Part shown: positions 27,941-36,853 of the stretch, in pieces
How the letters are laid out: each line of letters starts with the position of its first letter
Position numbering within the stretch: position 1 is the stretch's first letter
Assembly (NCBI GenBank): GCA_031422435.1
Contig: JANPLU010000107.1
Location: 50,622-114,621 of the forward strand
Length of the DNA stretch: 64,000 nt
From: Acaryochloridaceae cyanobacterium VAR_48_metabat_390
GTDB lineage: Bacteria > Cyanobacteriota > Cyanobacteriia > Thermosynechococcales > Thermosynechococcaceae
Direction: 5' to 3'
Notes under the pieces: generated by a model
Database searches by the model: none
What the model was told of the DNA's origin: nothing
Seen by the model: only the letters and a program-made list of their open reading frames with translations
Translations under genes and position numbers: made by a program

Positions 27941-30469
27941 TTAAGTGGTAACGATGATTTGCCACAGGCAAACTCCAATGATCAAAGCCGTAAAATGCTG
28001 CGGCCATAGGTTTTTAAACGGCTGGCGACCAATTTTTTGAGTGAGTGCCCAAGTGAACAAAATGCTCAAAACTAGGGTACTCGTCTGTAAAAATGAAATC
28101 ACCGCCGGATGAGAACTATAAGTAGGTAAAAAAGCGCCTTCATACCCTAGCGTCGCCCAAGTGATGGGCAATACCTGACCTGCTTCTGTTAACCCTAGGC
28201 GTAAATAGTGGGCTAAGGTTGCTCCTAAAACAAGCGGTAAATACCCATAGGCAAGTTCTAGAAAAGGGCGATGTCTACCCGGTCTAAAGATATGCAGCAG
28301 CCCATGACCCATAAGAGGGAAGAGAGCGGCGATCGCCAACACTCCCACAGATACCCCCGCATGAGGCCAAAAATCTCGGAGATGGAAGTCTAACCCCAGA
28401 ACAGTTTCTAGCTGCGGTAAGCGATGGAGAAAAACGCCCCCCAAAAGCAGCAGCAGCAAGGCAACTTCGTGACTGCGGGGCTGATGGGTCGTCCATAGCT
28501 CAATGCCGGGGGGACGCAGGTTAAACTCCACAGACCGATGGGGACAGGCTTTGAGACAGGTCATGCACAGTACGCAGTCTCGGTTGTCTACAAGCTGCGC
28601 TGGGTGAGAATACAGCGGGCACCCATTGGTTTCTTGCCCTTCTCCCTTCACAGGGCCGCCTTTATAGCACTGGTAGGTGGTGCATTCTGCCGAGCAGGTG
28701 CCCTGCTGCGCACGGAGTTCTGTTATAGAAAGTTTGGCAAACAGGCCATTCATGCCACCAATCGGGCACAGATAGCGGCACCAAAATCGTCGCTCAAAAA
28801 TCACCGAAAAAATCATGGCTCCGGCGGTAATCAGCAGCAGCAGACAGCTTGAAAGATAGGCGGTGTTCTCTAAATCCCACAGTTCTTCCCATAGAAAAAT
28901 GAGGGTAAATAGCCCAAACAAAAACCATCCACCCCAGCGATCGGCTTCGTCCCTAGGCCAGTGTTTGAGCTGACGCGGCACCAGCCACAGCGACAGCTTT
29001 TGCACCACTTCGCCGTAAATCATAAAGGGGCAAACGGAACACCACAGCCGACCCACAAACGGAAAGCCCAGCAAAATAAGAGGCCACCACCAAGCCCAAA
29101 ATAGGTTGAGTGCCGCATTGTGCTGACGATCTTGAGGCCCTACAAACAGAACCACTACCACTAGGGCAAAGACGCTGAGGGTGAATCCATAGTTGATGCG
29201 GGTGGGCCACCAGTCGCTTCGCAAAAACTGGCGCAGTTTGGGGTAGGCATTGAGTAAATTGAGGCGAAACCGCTGCTTTTTCCCTTCCGCAGGCCAAAAG
29301 ACTTCATCGGTCAGGTCATCGGTGCCAGGGGACTGGGCGATCGCCCGATCTACCAAACTTTGCAGCTCTGCTAAGTTACCAGGGTAGCTGTAAGCCTGAA
29401 GCCGCCGCAAAGCTTCGGGAGTGATGTCTCGCTTGGGAACACTTTTAGCTTGAGCAATCAGGGACAGGTAATAATCGACCTGGGCTTTAACGTCTGTTTT
29501 TCGTACTCGCAGCGGCGGCACCTTGATGATGTGGGCAATCAGGCGCTCCACCTCGGGAAAGGTTTTCTCTGTCACGATAATAATGCGGGCGCTGCTGGCT
29601 TTGGGCAAGGCAGTGCTGTTAGGGTCGCGCTGGATGGGGGTGTAGGTTGAAGTCTCTAGCAGCACTTTCAGCTTGGGAATTAAATCTGGCGCTAAGTCCT
29701 GAAGGTTGTTAAAGACGAGGGTTCCTTCTCCTAATGCTTCTAAAATCCCAGGCTTTCCGCCCACACGCCCAAACAGATCCGCGCCGCTGGCTTGCAAGAT
29801 GGCGCAGTTGACTTTAATCATGGGTTCGCGCCGCCAGGGGGAGCCAAAGTGAATGAGGGCGGCAGCGTTGTCTTTTTCGAGTCCTGGCTCTCCTAAAATC
29901 AGGGCGGGTTTGCGATCGCGGGCGGCATCTTTGATTTGCTGACGCAGACGAACGGCATAGCGACTGGTGCCCACAATGCCCCGCTTGGCTTTAGGCACCT
30001 GATAGGGGCGTAGGACGGCTTGGCGCTCTTGCTCAAAGGCCAGCTCAGATTTGACCTGCGCTAAGTCAACGGCTAACTTCCGTGAGACGGTTTGGACGAG
30101 TTCTGGGAACTGGTGGGCGATCGCCCCAAACTCTGCCTTGGGCATAAACCAAAACTGACAGTCTGTGAGCGCTACCACGGTTTCTTGGGTAGGCTGCTCT
30201 AGCAATAGTTCGGTGAGGTGCAGTACAGCACCTGGCAGCAAACTACTCGCCCAAGCGGGGCCGCTCGGGTTGGTACGATAGCGCTCTAAGTGCCCTCGCC
30301 CCAGAATGTATAGCCCATCGGGAAGAGTGTCTTCTAAAACCAGTCGTCGGTTAGCGAAAAATTCTTGATACTGAAATTGAGGAAGCATCGCCTCTAAAGC
30401 AGCATCGGGCAGGTTCCCTAAAGCTGAGCGCTCTTTAAGCCAGATTAAGGTGAGCGTGGGAGTAGACAT
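27941..30469 (-). CDS. cNMP-binding / sigma54-interaction-like AAA+ / membrane 4Fe-4S polyferredoxin fusion
   Basis: LILGEPGLEKD, VPPLRVRK, YSYPGNLAEL; WCSVCP, WCRYLCP, CVLCMTCLKACP plus TM helices. Confidence 0.85.
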   Translation of the reverse strand: MSTPTLTLIWLKERSALGNLPDAALEAMLPQFQYQEFFANRRLVLEDTLPDGLYILGRGHLERYRTNPSGPAWASSLLPGAVLHLTELLLEQPTQETVVALTDCQFWFMPKAEFGAIAHQFPELVQTVSRKLAVDLAQVKSELAFEQERQAVLRPYQVPKAKRGIVGTSRYAVRLRQQIKDAARDRKPALILGEPGLEKDNAAALIHFGSPWRREPMIKVNCAILQASGADLFGRVGGKPGILEALGEGTLVFNNLQDLAPDLIPKLKVLLETSTYTPIQRDPNSTALPKASSARIIIVTEKTFPEVERLIAHIIKVPPLRVRKTDVKAQVDYYLSLIAQAKSVPKRDITPEALRRLQAYSYPGNLAELQSLVDRAIAQSPGTDDLTDEVFWPAEGKKQRFRLNLLNAYPKLRQFLRSDWWPTRINYGFTLSVFALVVVVLFVGPQDRQHNAALNLFWAWWWPLILLGFPFVGRLWCSVCPFMIYGEVVQKLSLWLVPRQLKHWPRDEADRWGGWFLFGLFTLIFLWEELWDLENTAYLSSCLLLLITAGAMIFSVIFERRFWCRYLCPIGGMNGLFAKLSITELRAQQGTCSAECTTYQCYKGGPVKGEGQETNGCPLYSHPAQLVDNRDCVLCMTCLKACPHRSVEFNLRPPGIELWTTHQPRSHEVALLLLLLGGVFLHRLPQLETVLGLDFHLRDFWPHAGVSVGVLAIAALFPLMGHGLLHIFRPGRHRPFLELAYGYLPLVLGATLAHYLRLGLTEAGQVLPITWATLGYEGAFLPTYSSHPAVISFLQTSTLVLSILFTWALTQKIGRQPFKNLWPQHFTALIIGVCLWQIIVTT

Positions 30470-30485
30470 ACTGTTCTCCTAAGAT

Positions 30486-32531
30486 TTAGGGTTCATCCCA
30501 CTCAACGCCATCAATTTTTTCTTCCAGCGCTAGAGGTACAGAAATCTCAACCTCCGGCGTTCCCTCTAAATTTACGATCGCCCCATTAAAAAACTGGGCA
30601 AAATCTTTGGTGGCATGGGTTAAGGCATCAAAGGTTTCCCACACAGGTGAAGCTGTTGCTGAAGGCGCTTCGACGGTCGGGGGCTGAGTCGTAACGGCTC
30701 GAGGTGGCGGCGGCTCAGGGGCAGGTCGAGGAGGTGCAACCGAAACAGCTTGCGCGACCGCCTGTCGCGGAGGATTCACTGGCTCTGGAAAATACTGTGA
30801 GGGAGGGGGAGTAGGGGCAGGCACATGATTGACGGGAGCAGCGGCAGGCGGCTCCGCTTCCGTCATGATTTGGATGCTTACCCCGACCTTGCGGTTAAAC
30901 ACCTTCAAGAAAGCAGCCTCAACATCCGGTATCTTGCTGTGCAGCACGCGGGCTAAAGAGCCATTGCGAATCCCAATTTGTGCCTCTCGCCCCCGAAAGG
31001 CAATGAGCTGACCGTGCTGACTCAAGAGCGCCCGAGACGGTCGATGGAGATGCTCTAGTAGCTGATGCCAGAGCTGATCTAAATTGAGTTCGGATGCCTC
31101 TACAGGTGGCGGCGGCGTTGGCGTCGCATAAGCGGCAGGTGTTGAAGCAGCCACTTTTGGGGCAGCCTCCGGTAGTGTGCTAGTCGGCTGTGGTGGTGCA
31201 ATGGGTGCAGGCATTTCAGAAACAGCAATATCACTCGGCCAAAACTCGTCATTATTTGTTGTGGCAGGTGGGGCGGCGATCGCCTCCCTTACAGAACTGA
31301 CACCCACCGCAGCCGTAGGCGGCGCACCATTGACCGGAAATGCTGGCGGCATCACATTTGCTGGGGGCATCTGCGGCAGTATTGCCGCCACAGGCTGAAA
31401 CCCCGATGGAGGTGCAAAGTTTGGTGCTGTAACCTGAGGTGCAGTAAAGGGAATTAGCCCCAGTAAGGTGACTTCTAGCCAAAGGCGTGGCTGAGTGGTG
31501 TTTTTAATCTGAATTTCGCAGGTGCGCAGATGCTGCTGCCCAGCCAAAATTGTGTTGAGGTCAACGGCCTGGGCAAACCGACAGAGTGCATCCCAGGTAG
31601 CTTCTGTGAGCGCTACTAAGTCTCGGCGTTTGGGCGCGGTTTTGGCAATGAGTAAATCTCGATAAAATCCCGTCAGATTTTGCAGAACGGTCAAGGGTTC
31701 TCGACCCCGATCCAGTAGATGCCGCGTCCGGTCAAGGATCGTTTCTGGGTTGGCGGTGGCGATCGCCTCTGCCAGTGCCAACAGATCCTGTTCTGGCACT
31801 GAACCCACCAAGTCCCAAACGCGATCAATGGTAATTTCCCCTGCTAGCAGGCTGAGCTGATCGAGCAGACTTTCGGCATCTCGCAGGCCACCTTGAGAAA
31901 TTTGGGCAACGAGTTCTACGGCGGTGGGGGCGATCGCAATGTTTTCTTGCTGGGCAATGTAGATTAAGTGATCCACCATTGGCTGGAGCGGAATCCGGCG
32001 AAAGTCAAACCGCTGACAGCGCGAAATAATGGTGGGCAGCACCCGCTGTGGGTCGGTGGTCGCCAGAATAAACACCACGCGGTCGGGCGGCTCTTCTAGG
32101 GTTTTGAGCAGCGCATTAAAGGCTGCCGTGCTGAGCATGTGAACTTCATCTAAGCAGTAAATTTTGTAGCGGCACTGGACGGGGGCAAACTGGGCACGCT
32201 CAATCAGCTCCCGAATGTTGTCTACCCCCGTATTGCTGGCGGCGTCAATTTCAATAACGTCTAGGGCGTTGCCCCTAGTGATGGACTGACAAACCTCACA
32301 AACCCCACAGGGTTCTGGCGTAGGGACATCCGTGCTGATGCAGTTAAGAGATTTTGCTAAAATTCGAGCGCTAGACGTTTTACCCGTGCCCCGTGGCCCT
32401 GTAAGGAGGTAGGCAGGCGCAATCCGGCGCAGGCGCATGGCGTTGCTGAGGGTGGTAGTAATGGCATCCTGTCCCACCAAATCTGCAAAGGTTTGGGGAC
32501 GGTACTTATGGTGAAGGGGTTCGTAACTCAC
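30486..32531 (-). CDS. dnaX: DNA polymerase III subunit gamma/tau, no intein
   Basis: YEPLHHKYRPQTF, GPRGTGKT, EIDAASN, AFNALLKTLEEPP, ISRCQRF; GTG start at 32531 inferred. Confidence 0.96.
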   Translation of the reverse strand: MSYEPLHHKYRPQTFADLVGQDAITTTLSNAMRLRRIAPAYLLTGPRGTGKTSSARILAKSLNCISTDVPTPEPCGVCEVCQSITRGNALDVIEIDAASNTGVDNIRELIERAQFAPVQCRYKIYCLDEVHMLSTAAFNALLKTLEEPPDRVVFILATTDPQRVLPTIISRCQRFDFRRIPLQPMVDHLIYIAQQENIAIAPTAVELVAQISQGGLRDAESLLDQLSLLAGEITIDRVWDLVGSVPEQDLLALAEAIATANPETILDRTRHLLDRGREPLTVLQNLTGFYRDLLIAKTAPKRRDLVALTEATWDALCRFAQAVDLNTILAGQQHLRTCEIQIKNTTQPRLWLEVTLLGLIPFTAPQVTAPNFAPPSGFQPVAAILPQMPPANVMPPAFPVNGAPPTAAVGVSSVREAIAAPPATTNNDEFWPSDIAVSEMPAPIAPPQPTSTLPEAAPKVAASTPAAYATPTPPPPVEASELNLDQLWHQLLEHLHRPSRALLSQHGQLIAFRGREAQIGIRNGSLARVLHSKIPDVEAAFLKVFNRKVGVSIQIMTEAEPPAAAPVNHVPAPTPPPSQYFPEPVNPPRQAVAQAVSVAPPRPAPEPPPPRAVTTQPPTVEAPSATASPVWETFDALTHATKDFAQFFNGAIVNLEGTPEVEISVPLALEEKIDGVEWDEP

Positions 32532-32971
32532 CGGCGGGCTGCTCAAAAAGGCGTCTCTAATGTCATCATCGCATCACCGTCTGCTGATGCAGGATTAAAG
32601 ATGATGATAACGTTTTGCTTCGCTTCGCTGAATACCGTAGATAGACTGGCGCAGGATAGCGTCTTGAACCGTTGAGGTTATTGCACCGCAAGCGCTCTTT
32701 CATTAGCAGGATTGAAATTAGTGGGAGGTCAAAATCAGAAAACTTTTGGGCAAAGGCTCAAGAAGTATAAGTTAACTTATGCAAAATATTGCGAAAAACC
32801 AGCAGCTTTAGATTTACTGGGTCTCAATATTGTGCTGTAAAAAGCCAAGCTATCCATAGCAATAAACTTTATTATTTTTTATTCATAGATAAATTTTTCT
32901 GGCACGATATACACTAACAACTGTAATTAACATCATAATATTCAGCACGTCCATCATAATAAACTGAGGGG

Positions 32972-35341
32972 ATGGAAATGACTATCTCAGATGCAGAGAC
33001 GATTGAGGAGATCGCCCACCTTATTACTCGCCACATTGATCGACAGCAGAATAGCCCCAGACAACGCGATCAGCACCCGAAACAGCATGGTTGTGTAAAA
33101 GCCTACTTTTGTATAGAACCCCACCTATGGGAAAAATTGCCCCAAGCCTGCCGCGTTGGGTTATGGCATCAGCCCCAAACCTTTTCTGCCTGGGTTCGGT
33201 TTTCTAACCTTAAAGACACCGATGATTCTAAGGGCGATATCCACGGAATGGCAGTCAAAGTCATGGTGGAAGGCGGCGATCGCAATCAGCAAGAGCCAGA
33301 GAACCAGACAACCACCCAAGACTTTGTTTTCATTGACGTGCCGCGCTTTTTCATGAAAGGAGTGCAGCCCTACCTAGAACTTTTTCAGATTTTAGATTTA
33401 GCAGCAGCCCTCAAAGATCCGTCTGTAACCGAGCCACCCTCTAAAAATAAATGGGTGCTGTTCCTGAAGATTTTAGGTCGGCTACTTGCATTTTTGTTCC
33501 CTAGCTTTTTTCCTAGTCAATGGCGCTTGCGCGAAATTTGGATTCTGGTCAGCGCCAAAATTCAGAAAAAGCGGTCTAAACTCTCTAGCCCTCTCGATCA
33601 GTCTTACTGGAGTACAACCACTTATCGCCTTGGTAATTCCGAGCAGGCCATGAAGTATTTTGTCAGACCCAGCGTGATCAACCAGGCTTCTAAGCCCAAG
33701 CGCCACACGCCCAACTATTTACGAGATGCCTTGGTAGAGCATCTCACCCATCAGCAAAAACCTGCTCGGTTTGATTTTTATATTCAGGTTAAACCAAACC
33801 CTACCCCAGCCGACCTCGATGACCCCACCACAGAATGGAAGGATGCTCCAGAATACAAAGTTGCCACGATTGAAATTCCGCCCCAGCAGTTTTACACAGC
33901 GGCAGAACCAGCCTTTGGCGAAGATTTTTCGTTTACGCCCTGGCTCTGTTTACCAGAGCATGAACCCTTAGGCAGCATTAATACCATTCGCCGTTTGGTT
34001 TATCAGCAGGCGGCTCAGCGCCGTAATAACCTAAACCAGAAAGCAGGTTTGTCTTCACCTAAGCCACCGCAAGAATTGCCTAGGCAATCGCCCATCGGAC
34101 AGTCCCCCCTCACTGCAATTTTCCCCTTGCGTCCCGACACTTTCGATGCACTTAAGCTTGAGCTAGCGCAAGTTGCCGAGCAGATTAAAGATCGTACCAA
34201 CACGTTCTTTATAAAATCGCCCTCCACCCACTTTGCCCGCTGGGTGATTTTGGATGATCCTGAGCAAAATGTTGCGCCCCATCTGCTGTTTGTCAGCAAC
34301 CACGACGGTTCTGCTACAGCGTATCTCCAAGAGCTAGTGGAAACTATGGGCGCTGAGATGGAAGCCATCTGGATGCACTGCGAAGGCTTTAACCCTGGCG
34401 ATGCCCTAGATGCTGAAACCTTTACGCGGTTTGTTTTGAAGTATGCGCTCAACACCCAAGCCTTTTATGTCGGCTGTCGAGACACAACGGCTCAAGAAAT
34501 TTTGGCCGCTAAAACGCTGCGTCAGCGAATTGATCAGCTTGCCCAAGCCCGCGCCGCCGATCTCGAAGCCCCGCTGACAGAACTCTCTGCCCTCACCCCA
34601 GCAAGACCGCCGGACTCGCCCTTTCCTCTAGGGCTGCTTCCCCTTGTGGGGCTGTCTCGCACCCTTTCGCTGGGGCTACAGTCTTGGGTGGGCATTTTCC
34701 CGCAGCGCAATAACCCAGGCGATCGATTTAAGCCCTTGCCCAACCAATTGGCTCGAATGCAGACCTGCGATCAGATTGAAGACCAGTTGGTTGCCAATGG
34801 CATTTTGCCCAATCAGCTCACTACGCTGTCACCTATTAAGTCTGAGTTTCATAAGTTCATGCTTAAGACAACGCTGTGGCTGATCAATCAGGTAGCGAAA
34901 ACCTCACGGGGTACGCTGGTGGGCATTTCTACTATTCACTTTGCGCGATGGGTGATTGTCGATAAAGGCATCCTCAACAATAGCCGCACGTCTTACCTCA
35001 TTTTTGAAAGCAACTATCGGGGCAGTTGGGACAGCTATCTGGATGATTTTGTTTACAAAACCCTCATCCCCATGAATCTGCTGTGGGGGAATTTAGAAGG
35101 CTTTCCGAGTAAGGGCTGTCAAGATATTGAGATGTTTAAGCAGCACCAGCGGCCTCGTCAGTTTCCGGCGCAGGTGTATTACTGCGCCTATCCAGAACTA
35201 ACGGTGCAAAATATTGTGTGCGATCGCAATTTAGCCAAGGCCATCAGAGATCTTAAAGACTACCTCAGCGGTGCCTATAGCCTTCTCTCTACTGCACAAG
35301 ATCCGCTGTTGATGCGTCTAATTAAATTGATGGGTGAGTAA
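32972..35341 (+). CDS. Catalase-like heme domain fused to two tandem uncharacterised 'HFARW' domains
   Basis: RDQHPKQHGC, WVRFSN, GMAVKV, FTPW...HEPLGSIN.IRRLVY; then THFARW..LLFVSNHDG and IHFARW..LIFESNYRGSWDSYL. Confidence 0.8.
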   Translation: MEMTISDAETIEEIAHLITRHIDRQQNSPRQRDQHPKQHGCVKAYFCIEPHLWEKLPQACRVGLWHQPQTFSAWVRFSNLKDTDDSKGDIHGMAVKVMVEGGDRNQQEPENQTTTQDFVFIDVPRFFMKGVQPYLELFQILDLAAALKDPSVTEPPSKNKWVLFLKILGRLLAFLFPSFFPSQWRLREIWILVSAKIQKKRSKLSSPLDQSYWSTTTYRLGNSEQAMKYFVRPSVINQASKPKRHTPNYLRDALVEHLTHQQKPARFDFYIQVKPNPTPADLDDPTTEWKDAPEYKVATIEIPPQQFYTAAEPAFGEDFSFTPWLCLPEHEPLGSINTIRRLVYQQAAQRRNNLNQKAGLSSPKPPQELPRQSPIGQSPLTAIFPLRPDTFDALKLELAQVAEQIKDRTNTFFIKSPSTHFARWVILDDPEQNVAPHLLFVSNHDGSATAYLQELVETMGAEMEAIWMHCEGFNPGDALDAETFTRFVLKYALNTQAFYVGCRDTTAQEILAAKTLRQRIDQLAQARAADLEAPLTELSALTPARPPDSPFPLGLLPLVGLSRTLSLGLQSWVGIFPQRNNPGDRFKPLPNQLARMQTCDQIEDQLVANGILPNQLTTLSPIKSEFHKFMLKTTLWLINQVAKTSRGTLVGISTIHFARWVIVDKGILNNSRTSYLIFESNYRGSWDSYLDDFVYKTLIPMNLLWGNLEGFPSKGCQDIEMFKQHQRPRQFPAQVYYCAYPELTVQNIVCDRNLAKAIRDLKDYLSGAYSLLSTAQDPLLMRLIKLMGE

Positions 35342-35380
35342 GTTCAGTCGTGATTGTGATGCAGTGTAGAGGAGTTTTCC

Positions 35381-36853
35381 ATGCTGAGTGCAGAACCGAG
35401 CGAGGAACCACAGGTCGAGACTTCCCTTGAGCTAAAAGAGATTCAGGGCATTATTGTGAGCGGCTATGGTCACTTGTCTCATTCCAAGTATCTGTTTGTA
35501 CAGATTGAGAATGCAGAGAAGGCCAAAGACTGGCTGCGATCGCTCCTTAAAAACCACCGCATCACCAGCGCTCAGCGGGATGCAAAGCCTCTTGTTGCCG
35601 TGAATTTAGCGCTAACCTATGCAGGGCTGCAAAAGCTGAACGCCTCAGACGATTTACTGCAAAGTTTCCCGAAAGAATTTGTCGAAGGCATGACCACACC
35701 CAAGAAGTCAGAGCAGCTTGGCGATCTGGGTATTAACGCCCCCCAATATTGGGGAAAACCCTATCATCCCAACTCAGAAGCGGTTGATCTTCTGCTCATT
35801 TTGCAGGCAGGTGCAGAAGCCCTAGATGCACTTTACACCGAATATGAGAGGCAGCTAGAACCCAATGGCCTAAAGCTTCTCACGGTTGAGACAGGGTATA
35901 TCCCAGCAGACAGCAAAGAGCATTTTGGCTTCTATGACAGTATTTCTCAGCCAATTATTGAGGGTAGCCCCCAAGAGAGTAAGGCGAAAAACAGTAGCGC
36001 CCAAGACCTCACCAAAGCCGGAGAATTTATCTTGGGCTATCTCAATGAGGATGGCAACTATCCTTCTACCCCAACCGTTCCCACCTCTCAAGATCATACC
36101 CACGTCCTACCGCTGCTGCCCGAAACGGCGCTTAAAGACTTTGGACGCAACGGCAGCTACTTTGTCTTTCGCAAAATCGCCCAAGATGTGGCAGGCTTCC
36201 GGCGATATTTTCAGGAATCATTCAGCACTCCTGAAGAACGCACCCTTATGATGTCTAAGGTGGTGGGGCGGTGGCCTTCCGGTGCCCCGTTGGTGCAGGC
36301 ACCAGAGGCAGATCCTTTGGGCGATCGCCTCCCCAATAACGACTTCTTAGCAAACCATAACGACTTCACTTACCGCACCGAAGACCCCCAAGGCTTCCGC
36401 TGCCCGTTTAGTAGCCACATTCGCCGCACCAATCCACGAGATTCTTTAGGGCAAGATGCCGACGAATCAATCAAAAGTTCACGGCGGCGACGGCTATTGC
36501 GCCGAGGCGCTGTCTATGGCGACCCGCTCCCCCAAGGCATTACAGAAGATGATGGACAGGCTAGAGGACTGCTGTTTTTTTGCATCAATGCCAATATCCG
36601 GCGACAGTTTGAGTTTGTGCAGCAAAGCTGGGTGAACGCCCCCACCTTTAATGGCCTGTACGATGAGCGTGACCCGCTAGTAGGCTATAACCCTGACAAC
36701 TTACCGCGCACAATGGTGATTCCTCAAGTGCCCCTCAGCCGAAGCCTTAGCCTGCCTAACTTTGTCACCCTCAAAGGCGGAGCCTATTTTTTCTTGCCTA
36801 GCCTTTCAGCACTAAACTTTCTGGCGGCAGTATCGGTTCCGGCTCAGCGCTGA
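35381..36853 (+). CDS. Long DyP-type heme peroxidase
   Basis: EIQGII, EHFGFYDSISQP, GEFILGY, NGSYFVFRKIAQDV, SHIRRTNPRD, LLRRG, QFEFVQ, GGAYFFLPS. Confidence 0.9.
   Translation: MLSAEPSEEPQVETSLELKEIQGIIVSGYGHLSHSKYLFVQIENAEKAKDWLRSLLKNHRITSAQRDAKPLVAVNLALTYAGLQKLNASDDLLQSFPKEFVEGMTTPKKSEQLGDLGINAPQYWGKPYHPNSEAVDLLLILQAGAEALDALYTEYERQLEPNGLKLLTVETGYIPADSKEHFGFYDSISQPIIEGSPQESKAKNSSAQDLTKAGEFILGYLNEDGNYPSTPTVPTSQDHTHVLPLLPETALKDFGRNGSYFVFRKIAQDVAGFRRYFQESFSTPEERTLMMSKVVGRWPSGAPLVQAPEADPLGDRLPNNDFLANHNDFTYRTEDPQGFRCPFSSHIRRTNPRDSLGQDADESIKSSRRRRLLRRGAVYGDPLPQGITEDDGQARGLLFFCINANIRRQFEFVQQSWVNAPTFNGLYDERDPLVGYNPDNLPRTMVIPQVPLSRSLSLPNFVTLKGGAYFFLPSLSALNFLAAVSVPAQR

Noticed and set aside
30640..31450. 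Pro/Ala-rich low-complexity stretch in dnaX, possible insertion or intein
   Set aside because: This is the typical variable linker of cyanobacterial tau; there are no intein motifs.
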